From Bacteroidota bacterium (GTDB taxonomy: Bacteria > Bacteroidota > Bacteroidia > AKYH767-A > OLB10), in NCBI GenBank assembly GCA_031366005.1, contig JANLZB010000038.1:41208-105207 (forward strand): DNA of 64,000 bases, given 5' to 3'. Of the stretch, positions 41,501 through 48,767 are shown piece after piece. Within the stretch, counting starts at the first letter, position 1, and each line of letters begins with the position of its first letter. The translations under genes and the position numbers were made by a program. The notes beneath the pieces are model-generated. The model saw nothing but the letters and a program-made list of their open reading frames with translations. It was not told the origin of the DNA and did no database searches.

Positions 41501-41994
41501 CCTGCACTTGCTTTAAAAATTATGGGTAAACCAATTCGCTTTGCTTCTTCAATGGCAACAGTTGCATCAGTCAATTTTATTTTATTGTCTTCAATAACAG
41601 GAACACCGCAATTACGAGCAACAATTTTACTTGCTACTTTATCTCCGAGTTGCTGCATCACTTCAGGCGAAGGACCAACGAAAATAATTCCTTCTTCACG
41701 GCAACGTGTTGCAAAATTTACATTCTCCGAAAGGAATCCATAGCCGGGATGAATGGCGTTCACATCGTTCTCTTTTGCAACCGCAATTATTTCTTCAATG
41801 TCAAGATACGGTTTCAGCGGCTCATTGTCTTTACCGATTTGATACGCTTCATCAGCTTTATAGCGATGCAATGAATAACGGTCTTCATAAGTATAAATGG
41901 CAACGGTGCGTATCTGCAATTCCGATGCAGCACGTAATGCACGAATGGCAATTTCGCCACGATTGGCTACTAATAATTTATTGATTTTTTGCAT
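38545..41994 (-). CDS. pyc: pyruvate carboxylase (single-chain biotin carboxylase + carboxyltransferase + biotinyl domain)
   Basis: 1149 aa. The N-terminus is a biotin carboxylase (MQKINKLLVANRGEIAIRALRA...). The central region is an HMGL-like/PYC carboxyltransferase. The C-terminal biotinyl motif is EAMKME. Confidence 0.9.
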   Translation of the reverse strand: MQKINKLLVANRGEIAIRALRAASELQIRTVAIYTYEDRYSLHRYKADEAYQIGKDNEPLKPYLDIEEIIAVAKENDVNAIHPGYGFLSENVNFATRCREEGIIFVGPSPEVMQQLGDKVASKIVARNCGVPVIEDNKIKLTDATVAIEEAKRIGLPIIFKASAGGGGRGMRVIRKIEELEKEFNEAKREAGNAFGDDTIFIEKFVDNPKHIEVQILGDQHGNIVHLFERDCSVQRRFQKVVEIAPAPWLKQTTRDRLYDYALRIAKQVGYNNAGTVEFLTDEKENIFFIEVNPRIQVEHTVTEQITGIDIVRNQILIADGERLDSPKIEIKNQDAVQCRGVAIQCRITTEDPSNNFKPDYGTLIAYRNAGGYGIRIDEGSSYQGVKVSPFFDSMLAKVTAQGRTLSGASKRMYRTLTEFRIRGVKTNIPFLENVITHPVFREGGATVKFIEQYPELFHFKIKQDSGTKVLNYLADVLVNGNPDVTKIDSSKIFSQPRIPNHSSLRGTKQSLQSGTKQKLTELGPEKFAKWLKEQKQVQFTDCTFRDAHQSLLATRVRTVDLMRVAHSFALQHPQTFSMEVWGGATFDVALRFLHESPWKRLQQLREAIPNILLQMLIRGNNAIGYAAYPNNLVEKFIEESWKNGVDVFRIFDSLNWTKSMKVSIDAVRNSTGGIAEACISYTGDILDKSKKKYTLQYYLDLAKELENMGAHILCIKDMAGLLKPYSASLLIAELKKVIDIPIHLHTHDTSSIQSATYLKAIEAGVDVVDVALASMSGLTSQPNFNSMVEALRNTPHEVDFNIDTLNEHSNYWETVREWYYPFESGMMAGTADVYQHEIPGGQYSNLKPQATSLGLGDKMVEIKKTYADVNELFGDVVKVTPSSKVVGDMALYMVSNNLSKEDIFTKGDNISFPESVKSFFKGDLGQPHGGFPAELQRIILKDEKPYTDLPNAHLQPVDFEKEFAAFQNKFDSQCTFLAFLSWKFYPKVFEEYYAFVKKYGDVSSLPTPAFFYGMKNNEEILVEIAKGKTIIIRLLYVGDVDENGHRTVYFRLNGQTRSVDVIDKKANVKKISHAKASNEKQIGTPLQGLLSKIFVKVGQQVKRNTPLFTIEAMKMETTITASNDFKIKNLVLSEGTLVEADDLVVEVE

Positions 41995-42070
41995 AGTTAA
42001 ATGTGATAATGAAAATAGCTAATAATTTTTACGAAGGATTTTGTGAATCGTTACAGTACTCAAAAGTAAC

Positions 42071-42140
42071 CGTCATGTTGAACTTGTTTCAGCATCTGTA
42101 CAAATAAATAGAGAGATGCTGAAACAAGTCCAGCATGACG
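42071..42140. repeat. hairpin repeat element, copy 1 (27-bp arms CGTCATGTTGAACTTGTTTCAGCATCT / AGATGCTGAAACAAGTCCAGCATGACG, 16-nt loop)
   Basis: Read directly. It lies in the divergent region between pyc and the 42234 gene. It is about 85-90% identical to copy 2 at 43483..43542, loop tail ATAGAG included. Confidence 0.8.
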
Positions 42141-42233
42141 ACATCCGGACGAAATATGCGCACAGAATTATTGTTTATTTTTCACCAAAATCTTAAAACT
42201 CCAAAATTAATTCAAACATAAAAAAACGCTTCT

Positions 42234-43469
42234 ATGAAAAAAAATATTTTACTTTTAATCACAATCACTACTCTGGCAAACAACATAAATGCACAATGGC
42301 AGACTACCAATGGACCATCTCCGGGTGCAACAGTTACCACTATGGCTGTTAACAGCACCAATCTATTTGCAAATGTGTATGATGGTGTTCATGCCTATTC
42401 AAATACTGCATGGAGTTATCCTGCAAACAGTGGATTTTTAATGGGTAGCAATATCAATGCTTTATTTGTGAGTGATTACAATTTATTTGCAGCGTTTCAA
42501 TTGGATGGTGGTGTGTTTATTTCTCCTGACAGCGGAGCAAGTTGGTTGCCTGCTTACAATGGTTTGCCAACTGATTTAGTTGGTCAGTTATATGCAGTTC
42601 ATGCGTTAAATTCTTCGGACATCACCTATCCGCTTTTTGCAGGAACAGAAAAAGGTGTGTATAGCACAACTAATAATGGCAGCTCGTGGACACCAGCAGG
42701 ATTATTGACAAGTGATATTCGTTGTTTAGCAAATCATGGCAATGAAGTTTTTGCAGGTACTTACAATAGTGGAGTGTATTACTCAAATAATAATGGAACA
42801 AGTTGGACAGCTATCAACAACGGTTTAACGGATACAACCATTCTATCATTGCTGTATGCAGGAATTGATACGTTGTTTGCCGGAACTATTTACGGTGTTT
42901 TTAGAACCACTGATAACGGAGCAAACTGGACAAACATCAGCACCGGTTTACCCACAAGTTTTACAGCTGAAGTAGTTGCTTTAGTAAAATATGGAAACAC
43001 CATTATTGCAGGAAGCAGAAATGGTGGAGTGTTTATCAATACAATGAACGGAAATAGTTGGACAGTAAACAATGCAGGATTTACTGCAGGAGGAGTTTAT
43101 TCATTAGCAATTAAAGGCACAAACGTGTATGCAGGCATCGGACAAGGAGGAGTGTGGACACGAGGATTAAGTGAGCTCACTACAGTGAATGAATTAGCTG
43201 ATGAAAATAATCAGGTCACGATTTTTCCAAATCCTGTAAAGGATGTTTGCACAATTGTGCTCAACAACAATTTAACAATGCAACAATTTAGCAATGCAAC
43301 TTTAAATCTTAATGATATTACAGGGCGAACAGTGCTACAACAAACTTTTAATTCTGATGATAAAATTGATTTAAGTATTTTGACACAAGGAGTTTATTTG
43401 TTAGAGTTAAAAGATATCCCCACTCAATCGGGAGGGCGAAGTTTAAAAGGGAAAGTTGTGAAGCAATAA
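42234..43469 (+). CDS. secreted BNR/Ycf48-like repeat protein with a C-terminal T9SS sorting domain
   Basis: 411 aa with a signal peptide. Repeats are SPDSGASW, TTNNGSSWT, SNNNGTSWT, TTDNGANWT and NTMNGNSWT. The CTD reads IFPNPVKDVCTIVLNNN...GVYLLELKD. Confidence 0.7.
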   Translation: MKKNILLLITITTLANNINAQWQTTNGPSPGATVTTMAVNSTNLFANVYDGVHAYSNTAWSYPANSGFLMGSNINALFVSDYNLFAAFQLDGGVFISPDSGASWLPAYNGLPTDLVGQLYAVHALNSSDITYPLFAGTEKGVYSTTNNGSSWTPAGLLTSDIRCLANHGNEVFAGTYNSGVYYSNNNGTSWTAINNGLTDTTILSLLYAGIDTLFAGTIYGVFRTTDNGANWTNISTGLPTSFTAEVVALVKYGNTIIAGSRNGGVFINTMNGNSWTVNNAGFTAGGVYSLAIKGTNVYAGIGQGGVWTRGLSELTTVNELADENNQVTIFPNPVKDVCTIVLNNNLTMQQFSNATLNLNDITGRTVLQQTFNSDDKIDLSILTQGVYLLELKDIPTQSGGRSLKGKVVKQ

Positions 43470-43482
43470 GGAATAAGTAATA

Positions 43483-43542
43483 CTGAACTTGTTTCAGCAT
43501 CTATTGCAATAGAGAGATGCTGAAACAAGTTCAGCATGACGG
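43483..43542. repeat. hairpin repeat element, copy 2 (CTGAACTTGTTTCAGCATCT - ATTGCAATAGAG - AGATGCTGAAACAAGTTCAGCATGACGG)
   Basis: Read directly. It sits immediately downstream of the 42234..43469 gene in the same orientation as copy 1, so the two copies flank that gene. Confidence 0.8.
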
Positions 43543-43588
43543 AATGTGTATAAATACTATTGTTTAATTTTTCAGCAAAATTGATTGG

Positions 43589-44905
43589 ATGTTTGCACGA
43601 ATAAAGAATTATTTATATAAACCCATTCCTTCCACGCAATTAGGATTGTTCAGAATTCTATTTGGTTTGTGTTTGGTGTATGAACTGTTTTATTATTTCA
43701 GTATTGATTTACTGGATAAAGGTTTGCGTGCTCCTGCAATGCGTTTTACTTACGAAGGATTAGAATGGGTTCAATTACTTCCCGGCAAAACAATGGAGGT
43801 AATGTTGTTTGTTTTGCTGTTATCCGCTGTTTGTATCACCGTGGGAATTTTTTACCGTACAGCAACGATTCTGTTTTTCACAGGATTCTCCTACATATTT
43901 TTTATTGATAAAAGTTTGTACAATAATCATCTTTATCTTTTCATACTACTTTGTTTTTTATTGATTGTGACTAAAGCAGATGCCGCAGTATCACTTAATA
44001 AAAAAAGTCTATCAACAACACTTCCTCAATGGCACCTGTTAATTTTTAAGATACAGATTTTTATAGTTTATTTCTATGGCGGAATAGCAAAGCTAAACAC
44101 GGATTGGCTTTTACATCATCAACCGATGCATGCAATGTTACAGATGAATGGATTCAATTCATCGTTAGTGGAAAATTTCCTGGTTTATGGCGGACTGATA
44201 TTTGATTTAAGTATCGGCTTCTTATTGTGGTTTAAGCGCACTCGCATTATTGGAATCATTGGTGTTGTGTTTTTCAATATCAGCAATGCAATTATTTTTA
44301 ATGATATAGGGGTGTTTCCGTTCTTTATGATAATGGCAACCATTTTATTTTTTGAGCCAGACGTTATTCATCAACTTATTTCAAAAAAACAAGCCACAAA
44401 AAAGAAAGATTCAAAACAAAAATTGCAACCGGTTGCATTTACACCTTATAACAGGGTAAATATTTTTCTTGCCGTTTATTTGTCATTTCAATTATTATTT
44501 CCTTTCAGGTATTTATTATTTCCAGGTAATGCTGAATGGTATGGAGTGGGCCAGCGTTTTTCTTGGCGAATGAAAATTCAACATCGTGATTATACGGAAA
44601 TGAAATTTACTGTGGTTGATTATACCAATAAGCGCTTAATGGATTTAGATCCGGCAGAATATCTGACATACGCACAAATGCAAACGCTTATTCTTGATCC
44701 AAAAATGATTTATCAGATGGCAACGTTTCTTGGTAATGATGCCAGGAAAAAAGGAATCTCCGGTGCAGGTGTTCGTGCAGCTGTAAAAGTTAAATTTAAC
44801 GGAAGGAGTGAACAATACATTGTAAATCCTGAAACAGACTTGATGAAAATAAAATACAATCCATTTGATTTGAGAAACTGGGTGCTGCCATTGAAAAATC
44901 CTTAA
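43589..44905 (+). CDS. HTTM-domain membrane protein (vitamin K-dependent gamma-carboxylase-like)
   Basis: 438 aa. The N-terminus LGLFRILFGLCLVYELFYYF and the multi-TM layout match the HTTM domain. Confidence 0.6.
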   Translation: MFARIKNYLYKPIPSTQLGLFRILFGLCLVYELFYYFSIDLLDKGLRAPAMRFTYEGLEWVQLLPGKTMEVMLFVLLLSAVCITVGIFYRTATILFFTGFSYIFFIDKSLYNNHLYLFILLCFLLIVTKADAAVSLNKKSLSTTLPQWHLLIFKIQIFIVYFYGGIAKLNTDWLLHHQPMHAMLQMNGFNSSLVENFLVYGGLIFDLSIGFLLWFKRTRIIGIIGVVFFNISNAIIFNDIGVFPFFMIMATILFFEPDVIHQLISKKQATKKKDSKQKLQPVAFTPYNRVNIFLAVYLSFQLLFPFRYLLFPGNAEWYGVGQRFSWRMKIQHRDYTEMKFTVVDYTNKRLMDLDPAEYLTYAQMQTLILDPKMIYQMATFLGNDARKKGISGAGVRAAVKVKFNGRSEQYIVNPETDLMKIKYNPFDLRNWVLPLKNP

Positions 44906-44906
44906 G

Positions 44907-45626
44907 ATGAAATCAGCTGCCAAAAAAATATTAAGTCAATTAAAAGAAATGTACAATCCGAAAGGAGTGCAAGCCATGGCTCGCTTTGCATTACCAACTC
45001 AAAATGTTTTTGGTATCAGTATGCCTGTGCTGCGAAAAACAGCAAAAGCCATTGGCAAAAATCATGAACTTGCATTGGAGTTATGGAAATTAAAAAATTA
45101 TGAAGCAAGAATTGTTGCCGCACTGATTAGTGAACCTTCAAAAGTTACAGAGCAACAAATGGAATCATGGGTGAGAGATTTTGATAACTGGGCAATTTGC
45201 GATTGCTGCTGCGGTGATCTGTTTGATAAAACACCTTTTGCTTTTGAGAAGGCGATCCAATGGAGTTATGCTGAAGAAGAATTTATCAAACGTGCTGGTT
45301 TTGCCATGATGGCTGTGTTGGCTATGCATGATAAAAAAGCAAGTGATAAAAAGTTTATTCCATTCTTTAAACGCATTGAAGAAGAGGCACACGATGAACG
45401 CAATTTTGTCAGGAAAGCGGTGAACTGGGCATTGCGGCAAATTGGTAAACGGAATACTACACTTCATGAAAAAGCAATAGCATGTGCGGAGAAAATCAAA
45501 AAGCAACCTTATAAAAGCGCGAAATGGATTGCAGCAGATGCATTGCGTGAATTGCATAATGAAAAAATTATTGAACGGATAAAAAATAAATCAAAAGAGA
45601 AAATGACCAGCCATGCAACGAACTAA
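44907..45626 (+). CDS. DNA alkylation repair protein (AlkC/AlkD-like HEAT-repeat family)
   Basis: 239 aa. ...YNPKGVQAMARFALPTQNVFGISMPVLRKTAKAIGKNHELALELW... matches the DNA_alkylation family. Confidence 0.65.
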   Translation: MKSAAKKILSQLKEMYNPKGVQAMARFALPTQNVFGISMPVLRKTAKAIGKNHELALELWKLKNYEARIVAALISEPSKVTEQQMESWVRDFDNWAICDCCCGDLFDKTPFAFEKAIQWSYAEEEFIKRAGFAMMAVLAMHDKKASDKKFIPFFKRIEEEAHDERNFVRKAVNWALRQIGKRNTTLHEKAIACAEKIKKQPYKSAKWIAADALRELHNEKIIERIKNKSKEKMTSHATN

Positions 45627-46125
45627 ATGGATTGATCGAAAATTTATATTTGATTTTCCGGAAGGATGGATATTTAATATTCTTGAGCGATTACGTGGCA
45701 CTGCTGTTCGAATGGAGCACTTGGTTAAAAATCTATCTCATGATCATCTTACCCGAAAAGCGAACGATAGTTGGAGTATCCAGGAGCACATCGGTCATTT
45801 GCTGGATCTTGAAGAGCTGCACGAAGGTCGCATTGATGATTTCCTTGCAAGAGAAAAAATTCTTCGTGCCGCTGATATGACCAATGCAAAAACGTTAGCT
45901 GCAAATCATAACAACTCTAACGTACAACAATTATTAAATGATTTTAAAAAATCACGTGAACGTTTTATCAAAAGAATTAAAACAATGGATGATGAAACGC
46001 AAAATTTTAAATCGCTTCATCCACGTTTGAAAATAATGATGCGACCAGTTGATATGGCTTACTTTACTGCGGAGCATGATGACCATCATCTTGCAAGCAT
46101 AAGAATACTTTTAGAAAAATTGTGA
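45613..46125 (+). CDS. DinB-family (DinB_2) protein
   Basis: 170 aa. The motifs HIGHLLDLEELHEGRID and HDDHHLASI are present. This is the second DinB-family member in the window. Confidence 0.6.
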   Translation: MQRTKWIDRKFIFDFPEGWIFNILERLRGTAVRMEHLVKNLSHDHLTRKANDSWSIQEHIGHLLDLEELHEGRIDDFLAREKILRAADMTNAKTLAANHNNSNVQQLLNDFKKSRERFIKRIKTMDDETQNFKSLHPRLKIMMRPVDMAYFTAEHDDHHLASIRILLEKL

Positions 46126-46132
46126 ATATTAT

Positions 46133-47104
46133 TCAATGCTTAAATGGCCTTTTCTTGATCATGCCTCCTTTTGTATCTTTAATACTATTCATCACAACAA
46201 AGGCATTTGGATCTATCTTATCAATTTCAATCTGTAGTTTACTTATTTCAAGCCGCGTAATTACAGTGTAGATAATATCAATTTCACTTTTGTGACCATG
46301 TGTACCGAATCCGCGTTTGCCTTTATAAACTGTCACGCCTCTTCCAAGATTGGAGGTGATCATTACACGAATATCTTCACTGTGAGATGAAACGATGGTA
46401 ATACCAGTATATTCCTCAATTCCTTCTATAACAAAGTCAAGCGTTTTGGATGCAGCAAGATAAGTGATCATGGAATAAAGCGCTGTTTCAATTGAAAGAA
46501 AATAGGCAGCCGATGAGAATACAAGTATGTTAATCATAATAATGATGTCACCTATTGTAGTTCCTAATTTACGGCTAAGGAAAATTGCTAAAACTTCGGT
46601 TCCGTCAAGTACGGCTCCACCACGTACAGTAAACCCGATTCCTGCTCCAAGGAAAAAACCTCCAAACACAGCCACCAAAAGTTTATCATGGGTAATATCC
46701 GGAAAATGTATAGTTGCAACTACCAATGCAAGACCACAAATGGCTGCAGTTGCTTTGATGGCAAAATTTTTTCCAACCACATTATACCCTAATATAATAA
46801 ATGGAATATTGATAAGTATGAGAAGAAGCGAAAGTGAGAAAGTGGTAAGCTCAGAAACAAGTAATGCAATACCTGTTGCTCCTCCATCAATGAAATTACT
46901 GGGCAATAAAAAACTTTTAAGTCCAAATGCAGCAGAAAAAATTCCGATCGTAATGAGCACAGCATCTTTAAGCAAATTAATCAAAGCTATTTTCAGCTTA
47001 TGAAATTCACGGGCTGTTTGATAACGACTTAAAGGATTTCCTGCTACACCCTTTTTATGCCGGCCGGTTGCATAAATTACCAATTGCTGAAATAATAAGC
47101 TCAT
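46133..47104 (-). CDS. YitT-family membrane protein (DUF161 + C-terminal DUF2179)
   Basis: 323 aa. LPSNFIDGGATGIALLVSEL and the paired-TM layout are typical of YitT. The N-terminal 45 aa are non-hydrophobic, so the true start may be a downstream non-ATG codon. Confidence 0.7.
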   Translation of the reverse strand: MSLLFQQLVIYATGRHKKGVAGNPLSRYQTAREFHKLKIALINLLKDAVLITIGIFSAAFGLKSFLLPSNFIDGGATGIALLVSELTTFSLSLLLILINIPFIILGYNVVGKNFAIKATAAICGLALVVATIHFPDITHDKLLVAVFGGFFLGAGIGFTVRGGAVLDGTEVLAIFLSRKLGTTIGDIIIMINILVFSSAAYFLSIETALYSMITYLAASKTLDFVIEGIEEYTGITIVSSHSEDIRVMITSNLGRGVTVYKGKRGFGTHGHKSEIDIIYTVITRLEISKLQIEIDKIDPNAFVVMNSIKDTKGGMIKKRPFKH

Positions 47105-47130
47105 AGTTTTTGATTTTAACAGTGGTTAAA

Positions 47131-47170
47131 GTAAAAAAAATACGGCATTACGTTAGAATGCCGTATTTGT
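47131..47170 (-). terminator. rho-independent terminator (12-bp stem AAATACGGCATT/AATGCCGTATTT, 7-nt loop, followed on the minus strand by T8)
   Basis: A perfect stem adjoins the A-run at 47133-47140 on the plus strand. It lies downstream of the small ORF 47180..47293 and only ~27 bp upstream of the yitT start. Confidence 0.7.
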
Positions 47171-47179
47171 ATCGCTCGA

Positions 47180-47293
47180 TTATTTTAGAACAAATATTTT
47201 AGCAAGCACTAAAATTGTTATTATGATTCCAACTGTCATAACAACAAAACCAAGTCCGGTTCCTTTTTCTTTATCTTCAATTTGATTTTCCAT
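47180..47293 (-). CDS. small hydrophobic ORF (37 aa, MENQIEDKEKGTGLGFVVMTVGIIITILVLAKIFVLK)
   Basis: ATG to TAA, single transmembrane helix. It is followed directly by the strong terminator. It is below the 60-aa cutoff of the ORF track. Coding status is unproven. Confidence 0.25.
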   Translation of the reverse strand: MENQIEDKEKGTGLGFVVMTVGIIITILVLAKIFVLK

Positions 47294-47393
47294 GTGATTT
47301 ATTTTATGTTTTAATAATAATAAGACAAGCACCATACATGCTGAAGTGGATTCAACATAGAATGAGCGTGCTTGAAAAAAAAATTACGGGAGG

Positions 47394-47756
47394 CTAAATC
47401 AGCAATACCCTAAAGGAAATGTAAATGGGAAGTGATGTGTTGAAATTGCGAATGGTATTGCAATAAAAAGTAATACATCGGGTGAAATTTGAATCAATTA
47501 ACGGATGAATTGAAGATTTGATTTCAGGATTTACACCACGAAACGTAAGTGGAATATTTTCAGCTATTCTTATGGAAGATTGAAGAATTCCATCTTTAAA
47601 TATCAAAATAGCATCATCATCAAACTCGGCTCTGCCAGAATTAAAATTTTCATTTTGTTTAACAATGGAATTGCCAATAACAGCGTTTGCATCATTACTA
47701 TAAAAAAAAGTAAAGAGAAAAAATAATAAAAATAATAAATGCCGTATCAATTTCAT
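47394..47756 (-). CDS. small secreted hypothetical protein
   Basis: 120 aa with an N-terminal signal peptide (MKLIRHLLFLLFFLFTFFYSNDANA). No known domain. Confidence 0.35.
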   Translation of the reverse strand: MKLIRHLLFLLFFLFTFFYSNDANAVIGNSIVKQNENFNSGRAEFDDDAILIFKDGILQSSIRIAENIPLTFRGVNPEIKSSIHPLIDSNFTRCITFYCNTIRNFNTSLPIYISFRVLLI

Positions 47757-48241
47757 TTGCGAAGCAAAGATATAACTCCGCGTAATTATGCCTTCAAAAT
47801 CAAGCTTCTTTAATTTTTTGCTTTGTCAATATTCTGCCGCTCTTCTTTCCTTATTCCCTGCTTATTTTTGCTGCTATCCATATCATCTCTGATTTCAGGA
47901 CGTGGTTTGTGACTCATTCCCTGTTTACTTTGTTTATTGGAGGTGCTTCTTGATGTTTTCATTTCTTTAAATTATTTTATAGATTTAAACTCTGTCCTCT
48001 GGAAAAATATGTTTTTTTCTTTCTTTTCAGTTTCTAAGATTTCTTCTGCTGTGGAATGTGATGCATCTTTGGTTTTATTATCAACCGGTGCATTATTAAC
48101 TTTTTCCTCGCGGATCATTAGTATTACCGGTTTCTTTTTTTTCTGTTTTATCGTATAAAGATTTATTTTGAAGAATAAAATACATGCCATTCAATGTTTC
48201 AATAGCTGTAAAGAAGTATCACTATTCAAGGCATATTTTTT

Positions 48242-48694
48242 TTGTATGAAGAAGAAAACGGAATTATGAAATCAAGGAAAAATAAAAAAGAAGAAAATGA
48301 AACGCTGCCGGGTTATCCACACTATCCTGAATCAGAAGATATTTTAGCGAATGAAAATAGAGTGGATGCTGATGTTGAAAATTTATCCCGTTCGCATAAG
48401 CATGAAGTGAATGAAATAAAACTAAATCCAGGAGAAGATGTCAAAGTTGATTATTCACCTGAAATTGTGGAGGGAACTGAGGCTGATCTTACTCCCGATG
48501 ATTTAAAAGTTTTAGGAACACTCGATGGTGATCAGGATGATGGCGAGGATGAAACATTAATTCCTAAAATTAAAATTGGTCCTGATCTTTTTGGTGATGA
48601 TCTTGATGTGCCGGGCGCAGAGTTAGATGATGATGCAGAAGATATCGGCTCAGAAGATGAGGAAAATAATTATTACAGTCGCGGACAGGATTAA
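48242..48694 (+). CDS. highly acidic hypothetical protein
   Basis: 150 aa, Asp/Glu-rich (DGDQDDGEDE, ELDDDAEDIGSEDEEN). No recognisable domain. Confidence 0.35.
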   Translation: MYEEENGIMKSRKNKKEENETLPGYPHYPESEDILANENRVDADVENLSRSHKHEVNEIKLNPGEDVKVDYSPEIVEGTEADLTPDDLKVLGTLDGDQDDGEDETLIPKIKIGPDLFGDDLDVPGAELDDDAEDIGSEDEENNYYSRGQD

Positions 48695-48712
48695 TAGTTG
48701 AGCAACAGGAAT

Positions 48713-48745
48713 AAAAAAAACCTCTTGAATTTCAAGAGGCTTTCC
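48713..48745 (-). terminator. rho-independent terminator (palindrome CCTCTTGAATTTCAAGAGG preceded on the plus strand by A8)
   Basis: On the minus strand the hairpin is followed by T8, so it terminates the convergent PKD/T9SS gene. It may also act weakly for the plus-strand acidic-protein gene. Confidence 0.65.
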
Positions 48746-48767
48746 AACAACTACTGATTAACTCAAC

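Noticed and set aside
46527-47003. 158-aa plus-strand ORF inside yitT; similar antisense ORFs inside pyc (40130..40510, 41324..41743) and inside other large genes
   Set aside because: These are shadow ORFs opposite strong, domain-supported genes. Their translations are low complexity.
47330-47385. Inverted repeat CAAGCAC...GTGCTTG followed by A9, considered as the terminator for the 47394..47756 gene
   Set aside because: On the minus strand the T-run would come before the hairpin, and on the plus strand an A-run follows it. Neither orientation gives a canonical intrinsic terminator.
47819-48190. Two short hydrophilic Lys-rich minus-strand ORFs (72 aa, and an unlisted 49-aa MKTSRSTSNKQSKQGMSHKPRPEIRDDMDSSKNKQGIRKEERQNIDKAKN)
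   Set aside because: Low-complexity composition in a very AT-rich spacer. No motif, no partner and ambiguous frames. They could be real small proteins, but the sequence alone cannot support a call.
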